Assembly: GCA_963847455.1 (NCBI GenBank)
Contig: CAWKAG010000042.1
Location: 27,161 to 91,160, forward strand
DNA: 64,000 nucleotides
Direction of reading: 5' to 3'
Origin: an uncultured Acidimicrobiia bacterium
Lineage (GTDB): Bacteria; Actinomycetota; Acidimicrobiia; Spongiisociales; JAENVV01
In this document: positions 31,206 to 41,533 of the stretch, one piece after another
Layout: every line of letters starts with the position of its first letter
Numbering within the stretch: position 1 is the first letter of the stretch
Notes under the pieces: generated by a model
What the model was told of the DNA's origin: nothing
The model's database searches: none
Seen by the model: the letters and a program-made list of their open reading frames with translations, nothing else
Made by a program: the position numbers and the translations under genes

Positions 31206-31640
31206 ATGGCCCATTTCAAACGCAAAAGCGACAAGATCGCCCATATCCAGTCCATCCCGCTGTTCAGCAAGCTGTCGCAAAAGGAACTCGCAGAAGTAGC
31301 CCGCCATTGCGAAGAAATCCAGGTGAAATCGAAACAGGTTCTGGCCAATGAGGGCAAACCAGGGTCAGAGTGCTTCATAGTTGTCTCAGGCGAGATCACC
31401 ATTCGACGCAACAACCGAAAACTGGCGACGATCGGCGCGGGAGGGATTGCCGGGGAAATGGCTCTACTCGACGAAAGCCCGCGATCGGCCACCTTGATTA
31501 CGAGCGCTGATTCGGATTTGTTGGTCTTCAGCCGACGTGACTTCCGGTTGCTACTCGACGAACTGCCGAGTGTGTCGCGCAAGCTGCTCGCCACGTTGTC
31601 CGAGCGCCTCCGCGACACCGACAAAGCCTGGGTTGGCTAG
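31206..31640 (+). CDS. stand-alone cyclic nucleotide-binding domain protein
   Basis: IPLFSKL, GEMALL...RSAT phosphate-binding cassette. Confidence 0.9.
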   Translation: MAHFKRKSDKIAHIQSIPLFSKLSQKELAEVARHCEEIQVKSKQVLANEGKPGSECFIVVSGEITIRRNNRKLATIGAGGIAGEMALLDESPRSATLITSADSDLLVFSRRDFRLLLDELPSVSRKLLATLSERLRDTDKAWVG

Positions 31641-31650
31641 ACACCCCAAC

Positions 31651-31680
31651 AGGTAGGGGCCCCATGGAGGCCCCCTACCT
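31651..31680. terminator. hairpin between convergent genes (probable terminator)
   Basis: AGGTAGGGG...CCCCTACCT inverted repeat. Confidence 0.65.
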
Positions 31681-31702
31681 TCACAACCGATCAGTCGGTC
31701 GG

Positions 31703-33490
31703 TTACTTCTTCTTGTAGATATCGGCCAGCACATAGCCGTACTTGTCGTGCACCACGTTGCGCTTCACTTTCAGGGTCGGGGTAATCTCGCCTCCCTCGA
31801 TGGTGAAGTCGGCGGGCAGAATGCGGAACTCTTTGATCGCTTCCGCTTTCGATACAGCTCCGTTGGCTTCGCTGATCGCTTCCTGGATAGCTTCTCGCAG
31901 CTGCGCGTCATCGATAAAGTCTTGAACCTCACCGTCCTTCTCATGCTGGCCCTTCCAGCGCACGAACTCTTCCGGGTCGATAGTGACCATCACCGCAATG
32001 AACGGCTGCGCGTCGCCAACGACGACGCACTGACTCACAAGCGGGTGGGCTCGCAACCGGTCCTCAAGCACGGCGGGGGCAACGTTCTTGCCGCCTGCCG
32101 TGACGATGATTTCCTTCTTGCGGCCAGTGATCCGCAGGAACCCCTCGTCGTCAAGAGCCCCGATGTCGCCGGTGTGGAACCAACCATCGACGATCGACTC
32201 GGAGGTGGCCGCGTCGTTGTTCCAGTAACCCGAGAACACGTGGTCGCCGGCGATCAGAACCTCTCCGTCCTCCCCGATTCGGATCGACACACCAGAAATC
32301 GGCTTGCCAACGGTGCCGATCTTCATCGCGCCGTCCCGGTTCAGGGTTGACCCGGCCGATGTTTCCGTCAGGCCGTATCCCTCGTACACCTTGATGCCGA
32401 TGCCCGAGTAGAAGTGTCCGAGGCGGTCACCGAGGGGCGCACCACCAGAGATGGCGTGCGTGGCCCGTCCGCCCAGCGCAGTTCGGATCTTGGAGTAGAC
32501 GAGTTTGTCGAAAATCGCATGCTTGATCTTGGTGACGATGCCGACGGAACCCGTTTCGGTCTCTCGAGCAAAGTCAATGGCCGTCTGGGCAGCGGTGTCG
32601 AAGATCTTGCCCTTGCCATCATCAGCTGCCCGAGCGGCCGAGCTGTTGTAGACCTTTTCGAAAACGCGCGGTACCGAAAAGATCCAGGTTGGCTTGACCA
32701 TCTGGAGCTCTTCCATGAGTTGCGGGATGCCTGTCGAGAACGCGATCTTCGAACCGACGTTCACTGATCCGACCTGTACGAGCCGGGCAAAGATGTGCGC
32801 CAACGGCAAGAACATCAGGGTTGATGCGCCTGGATACAAGACATCTTTTGCATCTTCGGCGACGTTACGGGTGATGAACACGAAGTTGCGGTGCGTCAGG
32901 TGACAACCCTTCGGCAGGCCGGTCGTGCCCGACGTGTAGACCAGGGTGGCGAGGTCGGATTGATCAACCGAGGCACCTCTGGCCATGACGTCGTCATCGG
33001 ATATGGCCGCGCCAGATGCGACAAGCCCATCAAGGCCGCCGGAGTCGATGGAGTACACGTTCTCAACGGTGCCCAGCGTTCCGGCTCGCTCGTTGAATAC
33101 CTCGACCAGGTGATCGTTCTCGCAAACGATCGCCGTGGCTCCCGAGTCTTTGACGATCCACTCAACCTGTTCGGCAGACGATGTCTCGTAGATCGTGACG
33201 GTTGCGGCGCCAGCTGCCCATATGGCGTAGTCGACCTCTGTGAATTCGCGACGGGTCGAAGAGAACAGGCACACTCGGTCACCTTTTTGAACACCAGCGG
33301 CTATGAAGCCAGCTGCGATCCGCCGAACCCGCTCTGCCAGCTCCTTCGTCGAGACGTCGACAAAACCTGATCCGTCTCGATACGCCAGAGCGGCGCGATT
33401 GGGGTGAGCTTTCTCAGCTGCCCACAAGCCGTCCGGTACTGTCTCACCCGGGTCAATCTGGACCGCGGCTGGACTTGAGTATTCTTGCAT
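31703..33490 (-). CDS. long-chain fatty acid--CoA ligase (FadD15-like)
   Basis: YTSGTTGLPKG, EGYGLTE, WFHTGDIG, GRKKE, TPTLKVKR. ATG after GGAGG. Confidence 0.94.
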   Translation of the reverse strand: MQEYSSPAAVQIDPGETVPDGLWAAEKAHPNRAALAYRDGSGFVDVSTKELAERVRRIAAGFIAAGVQKGDRVCLFSSTRREFTEVDYAIWAAGAATVTIYETSSAEQVEWIVKDSGATAIVCENDHLVEVFNERAGTLGTVENVYSIDSGGLDGLVASGAAISDDDVMARGASVDQSDLATLVYTSGTTGLPKGCHLTHRNFVFITRNVAEDAKDVLYPGASTLMFLPLAHIFARLVQVGSVNVGSKIAFSTGIPQLMEELQMVKPTWIFSVPRVFEKVYNSSAARAADDGKGKIFDTAAQTAIDFARETETGSVGIVTKIKHAIFDKLVYSKIRTALGGRATHAISGGAPLGDRLGHFYSGIGIKVYEGYGLTETSAGSTLNRDGAMKIGTVGKPISGVSIRIGEDGEVLIAGDHVFSGYWNNDAATSESIVDGWFHTGDIGALDDEGFLRITGRKKEIIVTAGGKNVAPAVLEDRLRAHPLVSQCVVVGDAQPFIAVMVTIDPEEFVRWKGQHEKDGEVQDFIDDAQLREAIQEAISEANGAVSKAEAIKEFRILPADFTIEGGEITPTLKVKRNVVHDKYGYVLADIYKKK

Positions 33491-33561
33491 TATTCCTCCG
33501 GCTAAATGGTGAGCTGTATGTTTTATCGTAGTCGCCCCCGATAGAGACCGTCCACGCTCGG

Positions 33562-34704
33562 TCAAGCGATCACACCGCTAGCCCGGAAGCTCGCAATCGT
33601 TGCCGCATCGATTCCCAACTCGCCGAGCAAAGCATCAGAATCAGCGCCAAACTCGGGGGGCTTCGTGGGTGAATCTGCCACCGTTCTACCGAATCGAGGA
33701 GCCGGAGCGGGCTGCACGATGCCGCCCACTTCGATGAACGTCCCCCTTTCAACATTGTGAGGATGGGTAGCCGCTTCACCGAGGGCAAGTACCGGCGCCA
33801 CACAGGCATCGGTACCCTCGAAGACGGTCATCCACTCAGCACGGGAGCGTTCTCGAAACCGGGCGGCAAAGATACTCGCTAACACCGGCCAGGCTGCCCG
33901 ATCGTGTTGACCGGGCAGTTCGGAGCCGGTCAGGCCTAGCCCTTCGATCAACGCCTCATAGAACGCTGGTTCGATGGCGCCGACCGCCATGTAGCCCCCA
34001 TCAGCCGTCTCGTAGGTGTCGTACCAGGGGGCACCCGAATCGAGGATATTGACGCCCTTGTTGTTCAAGTCCCACATGCCGGTTGCGGCCATGCCATGCA
34101 TCATCGTCGAGAGCACCGCCGACCCGTCGGTCATGGCGGCGTCGATCACCTGACCGAGACCCGACTCCCGAGATTCGAGTAGTCCACAGACAACACCGAA
34201 CGCCAGCAGCAGGCCGCCACCCCCAAAATCACCGATGAGATTGAGTGGCGGCACTGGCCGGTCGCCGACCCTTCCAATCGCACCCAATACTCCTGTCACG
34301 GCGATGTAATCGATGTCGTGGCCGGCGGTCGCGCTCAACGGTCCGACCTGGCCCCACCCGGTCATCCGGCCGTAAACCAAACCCGGATTCCGTTCCCAAC
34401 AAGCATCCGGACCGACCCCCAACCGTTCGGCTACCCCGGGCCGGAAACCTTCAATCAGGCCGTCAGCCGTCTCGACCAGCTTCATGATGATTTCGGTGCC
34501 CTCGGGGTCCTTGAGATCGATAGCGACGGTCCGTCGGCCCCGGTTGAGTACTTGCTGGGACCGACGGGCGAGATCCGTTTGCCCGTCGACCCGATCGACG
34601 ACGATTACTTCGGCGCCCATGTCGGCCAGCATCATGCCGCAAAAGGGCGTTGGCCCGATCCCGGCCAGTTCTACAATTCGGTAGCCGACCAGTGGACCGC
34701 TCAC
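33562..34704 (-). CDS. alpha-methylacyl-CoA racemase / CaiB-BaiF family III CoA-transferase
   Basis: LADMGAEV, EGFRPGV, GHDIDY, NLIGDFGGG. Confidence 0.9.
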   Translation of the reverse strand: MSGPLVGYRIVELAGIGPTPFCGMMLADMGAEVIVVDRVDGQTDLARRSQQVLNRGRRTVAIDLKDPEGTEIIMKLVETADGLIEGFRPGVAERLGVGPDACWERNPGLVYGRMTGWGQVGPLSATAGHDIDYIAVTGVLGAIGRVGDRPVPPLNLIGDFGGGGLLLAFGVVCGLLESRESGLGQVIDAAMTDGSAVLSTMMHGMAATGMWDLNNKGVNILDSGAPWYDTYETADGGYMAVGAIEPAFYEALIEGLGLTGSELPGQHDRAAWPVLASIFAARFRERSRAEWMTVFEGTDACVAPVLALGEAATHPHNVERGTFIEVGGIVQPAPAPRFGRTVADSPTKPPEFGADSDALLGELGIDAATIASFRASGVIA

Positions 34705-35516
34705 CGACTAGATACCCGATCAGCTGCTTCGGCGAGGCGGGCCGCCCTCCGGAACAGGATCGGCGCTTGTTCGGCGTGGGTGAGCACGTAGGGCTCGTTG
34801 TTTTCGATGGCCCCGACGACCATATCAGCCACCTCTTCGACGGTGACAACTCCCCCAACCAGATTGGCCGTGACCTCGGGGGGGGACGCATCATTGCGGA
34901 GCTCGACCGGCCGCATGCGCGACGAGTTCTCACTGATCGGCGTGTCTACCACCATCGGGCAGAGCACCGTTACCCCGATCCCGTGCGGGGCTAGTTCCCG
35001 GCGAAGAGACTCCGAGAGACCAACAACTGCGAACTTTGACGCGCAGTACACGCTGAGGTTCTCCATACCGATCAGACCGCTCATCGACGCCGTGTTGACG
35101 ATGTGGCCCGAGCCCCGACCGATCATGGCCGGCACGAACGCCCGGAGGCCATTCACCACGCCCTGGAAGTTGACCCCCATCGTGAAGTCCCAGTCGGCGA
35201 CTGTGGCACTGACAAACGGCCCGAACACGGCCACCCCCGCATTGTTGAACAAGAGGTCACACCCGCCGAGTTCTCCTTCCACAAAGTCAGCGAACGCCGC
35301 CAGCGACTCAGGGTCCGTGACGTCGGTAACCCGTCCGTGGGCGGCGATTCCTTCGGCTGCCATCTCGGAAACTCGGCCGTCGACGGCGTCGGCGTCGAGA
35401 TCCGCCAGCACGACCGTCGCTCCAAGTCGTCCGAGCTTGCGACCAATGCCGAGACCAATGCCGCTCGCTCCGCCGGTGACTACCGCAGTTTGACCTTCGA
35501 ACATCTTGACCTCCAT
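34701..35516 (-). CDS. SDR family oxidoreductase
   Basis: TGGASGIG, NNAG, YCASK. Confidence 0.92.
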   Translation of the reverse strand: MEVKMFEGQTAVVTGGASGIGLGIGRKLGRLGATVVLADLDADAVDGRVSEMAAEGIAAHGRVTDVTDPESLAAFADFVEGELGGCDLLFNNAGVAVFGPFVSATVADWDFTMGVNFQGVVNGLRAFVPAMIGRGSGHIVNTASMSGLIGMENLSVYCASKFAVVGLSESLRRELAPHGIGVTVLCPMVVDTPISENSSRMRPVELRNDASPPEVTANLVGGVVTVEEVADMVVGAIENNEPYVLTHAEQAPILFRRAARLAEAADRVSSR

Positions 35517-35575
35517 CGACAACCGACGCTAGCCGACGCGCGGGGTATCAACTAGCGTCCCGGAGGGAGGCAACC

Positions 35576-36301
35576 ATGGATGACTTTTCAGGAAAAACGG
35601 TCCTGGTGACCGGATCAGCCAGCGGTATCGGCGAGGCCGTCGCCCGCGGTTTCGCCGCGGCGGGAGCGTCGGTTGTCATCAACTCGGTGACGTCGCGTGA
35701 GCGCGGCACGAAGGTTGCCGAATCATTACCTTCGGCGATCTACATCCAGGCGGACATAACCGACGAGGACGACTGCGTCAGAGTGGTCACTGGCGCCACC
35801 GAAACGTTCGGAAGTGTCGACGTTCTCGTGAACAATGCCGGATTCACCAAGGTCATCCCGTACCGCGACCTGGACGCCGCTACCGACGAGATCTGGGACC
35901 GAATCTGGCGAACCAACGTGATGGGAACCTGGTACATGTCACGAGCTGCAGCCAAAGTCATGACGTCGGGCAGTTCGATCATCAATATCACGTCCGTAGC
36001 CGGACTGCGGGCGATGGGTTCGTCGATCCCGTACGGGACCTCCAAAGCTGCCTTGAACCAGATGACCGTGTTCCTCGCCAAGGCTCTCGGGCCAGACATT
36101 CGAGTCAACGCGGTCGCTCCCGGCCTGATCGACACGGACTGGACGGCCGACTGGGACGAGATCCGGAGCACCGTTCAAAAGAGCTCACCCCTACGGCGCT
36201 CCGGCCAACCTGAGGAGGTTGCGGAGGCCTGCCTGGGGATTGCTAGGTCCACCTACATGACTGGCGTCGTCGTCAAACTCGACGGCGGCCTAACGCTCTG
36301 A
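35576..36301 (+). CDS. SDR family oxidoreductase
   Basis: TGSASGIG, NNAG, YGTSK. Confidence 0.92.
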   Translation: MDDFSGKTVLVTGSASGIGEAVARGFAAAGASVVINSVTSRERGTKVAESLPSAIYIQADITDEDDCVRVVTGATETFGSVDVLVNNAGFTKVIPYRDLDAATDEIWDRIWRTNVMGTWYMSRAAAKVMTSGSSIINITSVAGLRAMGSSIPYGTSKAALNQMTVFLAKALGPDIRVNAVAPGLIDTDWTADWDEIRSTVQKSSPLRRSGQPEEVAEACLGIARSTYMTGVVVKLDGGLTL

Positions 36302-36305
36302 CCGG

Positions 36306-37472
36306 CTATGCGGGAGCCGGCTTACCTTCGTCGTCGACGGGAGGAGCGGGAGGTTTGCGGCGCGAAACCATGCCGTCGTCCGTAAGGCGAGAGGCAACCA
36401 CCTCATGCTCCTGGAAGTAGGCGGAAATGAACGCCTGCATAATGGCGACCAGCGGCAGGGCGACGATCGCTCCGAGCGCGCCCATCAACGAGATACCCGC
36501 CAGCACCGCGGCGAACCCGATCGCTGGGTGAAGCGACATCGTCGAAGCCGTAATCCGGGGGGCCAGGAAAAGGTTCTCGAACTGCTGGTATAGGACGAGA
36601 ACCACCAGGACCGCAACAGCCTGGCGCCAGTCGGTTAACAAGCCGATCGCAACGGGCAATGACGCGCCGATAAACGCCCCGACCGCAGGAATGAACTGTG
36701 AGATTACGCCGACCCAGATACCGAGCGACAGTGGATTCGGAAGCCCGATTATCGCCAGCGCCACCCAGGTGAAGATCGAACTGACCAGCGCCAACATCAA
36801 CCGGCTGTAGACGTAGCCGCCGGTCTTGTCGATCGCCAACTCCCAGATCCGCATCACCTCGGCCTGGCGCTCACCTTCGAAGCGAGAGAACAATTTCCGA
36901 CGGATGTTCGGCCCGTCAGCCAGCAAATAGTAGGTAAACAGGAGCACCGACAAGACCTGCACGATGAAGTTGCCAATGAACGAACCGGCTCCTACAACCC
37001 GAAACAGCACGTCGTCGACGTAGCCCGACGCGTTGTCGGCCAGACCGGTTGCCCACCCGAGGATCGTGTCTCCGGTGAGCTGAATGTCGAACTGTTCGTC
37101 CGCAAAGTCAATCGCCGACTCAACGAAGACCGGAAGTCGTTCCGAGAGGACGCCAATCTGCGTTGCAACCGGAGGGATCATGATCGCCACAAAACCGAAG
37201 ATGAAGCTGACCAGGATCATGAAGACCGCAAACGTGGCCAGTGGGCGCTTCCAACCCCGCCGAACCAGGCGGACGACAGCCGGCTCGAGGGCAAAGCTCA
37301 AGAACAGAGCGACAAACAGGGCCAGAAGGATTGACCGGATCTGGACAAGCACCCACAGTCCGGCCGCGATGGCCAGGATCGTGAATACCGCAACGGCCGC
37401 AGCCCGGGGCACCCAGGAAGGCATGTCCTCAAGACGACCGACCTCAACTGTGGGTTCCGTTGGATTCTGCAC
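36306..37472 (-). CDS. AI-2E family (PerM-like) transporter
   Basis: Multi-TM protein; QQFENLFLAPRI, LHP. Confidence 0.9.
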   Translation of the reverse strand: MQNPTEPTVEVGRLEDMPSWVPRAAAVAVFTILAIAAGLWVLVQIRSILLALFVALFLSFALEPAVVRLVRRGWKRPLATFAVFMILVSFIFGFVAIMIPPVATQIGVLSERLPVFVESAIDFADEQFDIQLTGDTILGWATGLADNASGYVDDVLFRVVGAGSFIGNFIVQVLSVLLFTYYLLADGPNIRRKLFSRFEGERQAEVMRIWELAIDKTGGYVYSRLMLALVSSIFTWVALAIIGLPNPLSLGIWVGVISQFIPAVGAFIGASLPVAIGLLTDWRQAVAVLVVLVLYQQFENLFLAPRITASTMSLHPAIGFAAVLAGISLMGALGAIVALPLVAIMQAFISAYFQEHEVVASRLTDDGMVSRRKPPAPPVDDEGKPAPA

Positions 37473-37508
37473 GACTGCAACCCTAGTTCGCCACCAGCAG
37501 GCGTCTTG

Positions 37509-38384
37509 TCACTTCTCGATCGGCGCTCCGACGAGATTCCCCCACTCGGTCCATGACCCGTCGTAGTTCCGTACGTTCTTGTGACCAAGCAACTGCGTGA
37601 GTACAAACCAGGTGTGCGAGGATCGTTCACCGATTCGGCAATAAGCGATGATGTCGTCATCGAGACCGAGTCCCAGTTCATCGTGATAGATGGCCTTCAG
37701 GTCATCGGCCGATTTGAAGGTCCCATCGTCGTTGGCGGCGGCCTTCCAGGGTTTTGATGCAGCCCCCGGGATGTGCCCTCCCCGCATCGCCCCTTCCTGG
37801 GGGTAGTCGGGCATGTGGAGCTTCTCACCCGAGAATTCTTCGGGAGATCGAACGTCGACGAGCGGGCCGGATTTTTCAAGATGCGCCATGACATCATCGC
37901 GAAAGGCACGAATGGGAGCGTCATCACGGTCCGGAACCGGATATGAGGTGGGCGTGATGTCGGTTTCGTCAGTGGTCATCGGTCGGCCCTCGGCGACCCA
38001 CTTCATTCGGCCGCCATTCATCAACCGGGTATCGCTATGTCCGAAGAGACTGAAGACCCAGAGAGCATATGCGGCCCACCAGTTGAAGTTGTCTCCGTAG
38101 AAAACCACTGTGGTCTGTGGACCGATTCCCTTGCGTCCGACCATCTCGGCGAAACGCTCGGCGTCGAGGTAGTCGCGTACGAGCGGGTCGTTCAAGTCAT
38201 CATGCCAGTCGATCTTGACCGAGCCCGGGATGTGGCCGGTCAAATAGAGCAGAACATCTTCGTCCGTTTCAACTACCACCACATCCGGGTCGTCTAAATG
38301 ATCTGCAACCCACTGAGTCGAGACCAGTTTGGACGGATTGAAGTACTGCTGGTGTTCAGCGCTCGGGTCGGCAGATACGGTCAT
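37509..38384 (-). CDS. thiosulfate sulfurtransferase (double rhodanese, SseA/CysA-like)
   Basis: GHIPG twice, YCRIGERS active site, YDGSWTEW. Confidence 0.94.
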   Translation of the reverse strand: MTVSADPSAEHQQYFNPSKLVSTQWVADHLDDPDVVVVETDEDVLLYLTGHIPGSVKIDWHDDLNDPLVRDYLDAERFAEMVGRKGIGPQTTVVFYGDNFNWWAAYALWVFSLFGHSDTRLMNGGRMKWVAEGRPMTTDETDITPTSYPVPDRDDAPIRAFRDDVMAHLEKSGPLVDVRSPEEFSGEKLHMPDYPQEGAMRGGHIPGAASKPWKAAANDDGTFKSADDLKAIYHDELGLGLDDDIIAYCRIGERSSHTWFVLTQLLGHKNVRNYDGSWTEWGNLVGAPIEK

Positions 38385-38459
38385 CGTTGTTCCTTGTCTC
38401 GGCGGTCGCCATTAACACTACCCCCATAGGAGAAATTCATCTAGCCGGTTTCAGAGCGT

Positions 38460-39083
38460 CTATCCGGCCGCCACGAGCCGCACCACTTCGGCGTCGGTCA
38501 CCTGGACAAAATCGCGGTACCACTCACCGACCGACCGGAAGCTCAGTGGAACAAGCGGGCAAACCAGGTCGTCGACCAACGGTCTGATCATGGCGACTGC
38601 TTGAGCTCCAGCCACGGGAACGGCTGCAATGATTCGATCGGGACGTTGCGACCGAACCGCTTCGATAGCGACCCGCATCGTTGCCCCGGTGGCCAGCCCG
38701 TCGTCAACGATGACCACGCACCTGCCTGAGAAAGACGAATCGCGCACCCCGTACGCTTCAACTCTCCGATCGAGTTCTCGACGCTCGCTCCGAATGACCT
38801 GCTCGACTTCCTCATCCGCGATGGACGATGCAACCGAGGCGTTGAGAACCCGAAAACCACCTGAGGCAATGGCTCCGAAGGCCAACTCCGGATGGGTAGG
38901 GACTCCGAGTTTCCGGACAAGCAGCAGGTCAAGCGGGACTTTTAGAGCCGAGGCAACTTCGGCCGCACAGACGGCGCCCCCACGCGGCAACCCGACAACG
39001 ACAGTGTCGGCGGGAAGATTCAGGTTCACGATCGCCTGACTCAGAACCTGACCGGCCTCCCGACGATTGCGATACCGATCCAT
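38460..39083 (-). CDS. phosphoribosyltransferase-family protein
   Basis: GLPRGG, VRKLGVP, IVDDGLATG. Confidence 0.9.
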   Translation of the reverse strand: MDRYRNRREAGQVLSQAIVNLNLPADTVVVGLPRGGAVCAAEVASALKVPLDLLLVRKLGVPTHPELAFGAIASGGFRVLNASVASSIADEEVEQVIRSERRELDRRVEAYGVRDSSFSGRCVVIVDDGLATGATMRVAIEAVRSQRPDRIIAAVPVAGAQAVAMIRPLVDDLVCPLVPLSFRSVGEWYRDFVQVTDAEVVRLVAAG

Positions 39084-39168
39084 GTCTCAAGTCAACCACG
39101 GCCACGTGCCAAAAGCCCGATCGCGGGAGGTTGAATCGTAACCAACGATCGAGACGTAAACTGTCGCC

Positions 39169-39624
39169 ATGAGTTATCCAGCCAAGCTACAAAGAATCGT
39201 TGACCTTTTCGCGAGCGCTCCCAAGGACATCCGCATTCAGGCACTGCTCGACTACTCCAACCGGGTTCCGCCGCTACCTCCTCGGTATGCCGACAACCGC
39301 GACAATCTCGAACAAGTACACGAATGCCAAAGTCCGTTCTTTCTCGCAACCGAGGTCGATGAATCAGGGGCGGTGACCATGTTCTTCGAATCACCTCCCG
39401 AAGCACCAACCGTGCGCGGCTACGCCGGCATCCTGGCTGAGGGCCTCAACGGCGAGCAAGCCTCCGCTGTGCTCGAGCTTCCCAATGATTTCTACTACGG
39501 CATGGGCCTTGAAGACATCGTGACCCCGCAGCGCTTACGAGGCATGGGGGCGATCGTTGCCCGACTCAAGCGGCAAGTGGCCGACCAGATGACGGGAAGT
39601 GTCGACGAATCGGGCGAGGTGTGA
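39169..39624 (+). CDS. sufE: SufE family sulfur acceptor
   Basis: VHECQSP, APTVRG, RLRG. Confidence 0.88.
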   Translation: MSYPAKLQRIVDLFASAPKDIRIQALLDYSNRVPPLPPRYADNRDNLEQVHECQSPFFLATEVDESGAVTMFFESPPEAPTVRGYAGILAEGLNGEQASAVLELPNDFYYGMGLEDIVTPQRLRGMGAIVARLKRQVADQMTGSVDESGEV

Positions 39625-39625
39625 C

Positions 39626-40387
39626 ATGAATTTGTCAGACAAATCGGTGATTGTCACGGGTGGTGCCTCGGGTCTCGGCGCAGCTACCGCTCGCCGGGCC
39701 GCCGCCGGTGGGGCACGGGTCGTCATCGTGGACCTTCAGGACGACCAGGGTGATGCTCTGGCCGTCGACTTGGACGGCGCCTACGTGCACGCCGACGTGA
39801 CCGACGAAGCCCAGTTTCAGGCGGCGGTGGACGCGGCCGTGGAGATGGCCCCGCTGTTCGGCCTCGTCAACTGCGCAGGTATCGCCCCACCGTCCCGGAC
39901 ACTCAACCGGGATGGAATCCCCCATGACCTCGGCCTGTTCCAGAAGGTGGTCGAGATCAACTTGATCGGCACCTTCAACGCGATCCGTTTGGCTTCCGCA
40001 GCGATGGCCAAAAACGAACCGCAGGAGGCGAATGAGCGGGGCGCCATCGTCAATACTGCTTCCGTGGCCGCCTACGACGGCCAGGTCGGCCAGGCGGCCT
40101 ACTCGGCCTCAAAGGGCGGCATTGTCGGTATGACGCTCCCGATCGCTCGCGATCTGTCGGCAGTTGGGATCCGGGTTAACACGATCGCTCCGGGGATTAT
40201 CGATACACCGTTGTTGGCCGGGCTCCCCGAACCGGCTCGCCAGTCACTGGCGGAGCAGGTTCTCCATCCCAAGCGCCTCGGTCAGCCGTCGGAGTACGCC
40301 GAACTCGCCTGGCTCCTCCTCAGCCACTCCTACATGAATGGAGAAAGCATCCGCATGGATGGCGGCATCCGGATGGCACCCAAGTAA
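39626..40387 (+). CDS. type II 3-hydroxyacyl-CoA dehydrogenase (HSD10-like SDR)
   Basis: TGGASGLG, VNCAGI, GQAAYSASK, RMDGGIRM. Confidence 0.92.
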   Translation: MNLSDKSVIVTGGASGLGAATARRAAAGGARVVIVDLQDDQGDALAVDLDGAYVHADVTDEAQFQAAVDAAVEMAPLFGLVNCAGIAPPSRTLNRDGIPHDLGLFQKVVEINLIGTFNAIRLASAAMAKNEPQEANERGAIVNTASVAAYDGQVGQAAYSASKGGIVGMTLPIARDLSAVGIRVNTIAPGIIDTPLLAGLPEPARQSLAEQVLHPKRLGQPSEYAELAWLLLSHSYMNGESIRMDGGIRMAPK

Positions 40388-40390
40388 CCC

Positions 40391-41161
40391 ATGGGCCGGC
40401 CAATTGGGATCTTTGACTCCGGCCTTGGCGGACTCTCCGTACTGCGTTACGCCAAGGAGCGTTTCCCGGACGAAACGTTTATTTACCTGGCCGATCAGCG
40501 ACGCGCCCCCTACGGTGATCGCAGTCGCGACGAAATCTTCGCCTACACGGACCTCGCCGTAAATCGGCTCATCGAACTCGATGTCAAAGGGGTCGTCATT
40601 GCCTGCAATACCGCCAGTGACGTGGCACTCGAACGTATGCGCGAGATCCACCCTGACCTTCCCTTCGTCGGCATCGAGCCGGCCGTCAAACCGGCCGTAG
40701 CTGCGAGCCAAAACGGCATCGTGGGTGTCCTCGCCACAACCGGGACCATCACCGGATCCAGGCTCAGATCGCTCATCAGCAAGTACGCAGGGGCGAGTAC
40801 CGTCCTCACCCAGGCTTGTCCTGGTTTGGTGGAACTAATCGAGGACGGTCTCGGCGACAGCAAGCAAGCCGAAGCGTTACTGCGCGAATACGTCACCCCG
40901 CTCGTGGCAGCCGGAGCCGACACCCTGGTGATCGGCTGCACGCACTACTCGTTCGTGGCCGACCGCATAAGTGAGATCGCCGGACCGACGGTCCGGATCA
41001 TCGATCCGGCAGACGCCGTCGCCAAACAAATCGGTCGGGCCATTCCCATCGATGGAACGGCCGGCGTAACCCGTTATGAGACCTCCGGGGACGCAGTTCG
41101 CATGCGGCGACAACTCCAAGAGATGTTCGACGAGGAGTCTGCGGTTTATCCGTCCCCTTGA
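40391..41161 (+). CDS. murI: glutamate racemase
   Basis: FDSGLGGLSV, ACNTAS, GCTHY. Confidence 0.96.
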   Translation: MGRPIGIFDSGLGGLSVLRYAKERFPDETFIYLADQRRAPYGDRSRDEIFAYTDLAVNRLIELDVKGVVIACNTASDVALERMREIHPDLPFVGIEPAVKPAVAASQNGIVGVLATTGTITGSRLRSLISKYAGASTVLTQACPGLVELIEDGLGDSKQAEALLREYVTPLVAAGADTLVIGCTHYSFVADRISEIAGPTVRIIDPADAVAKQIGRAIPIDGTAGVTRYETSGDAVRMRRQLQEMFDEESAVYPSP

Positions 41162-41454
41162 ACGGTGCGGATGTATTGAACCAAGCCGCGGATCTGTTCT
41201 TCGGTGAGCTGATTACGAAACGATGGCATTCTCGCCCGGCCATTCGTGATCGCCGTGAGTAGCGATTCATCGGGCTTCGTCTCTGCATCGGATCCCGGTC
41301 CGAGAGCCGGGCCGACGCCTCCGCCCATGCTGATGCCGTGACAACGCGCGCAAGCTTGCTCGAAAACCTCCGGTGCGGTGGCGTTTGGATCAACCGACGA
41401 GCAAGCTGCAGTCAAAAGCAGAATCGTCACGAGCAACAAGGCGAGGCGCAACAT
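41146..41454 (-). CDS. small c-type cytochrome lipoprotein
   Basis: TAAC lipobox, CARCH heme motif, distal MP. Start 7 nt after TACAAT. Confidence 0.88.
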   Translation of the reverse strand: MLRLALLLVTILLLTAACSSVDPNATAPEVFEQACARCHGISMGGGVGPALGPGSDAETKPDESLLTAITNGRARMPSFRNQLTEEQIRGLVQYIRTVQGDG

Positions 41455-41533
41455 CCGGTGGATTGTAGTTTCGGTGTTCGCGCACAAAGACCCGGCATGC
41501 TCCCAGCGGCGGGTCGCTAAAGTCTCAGGTCGC

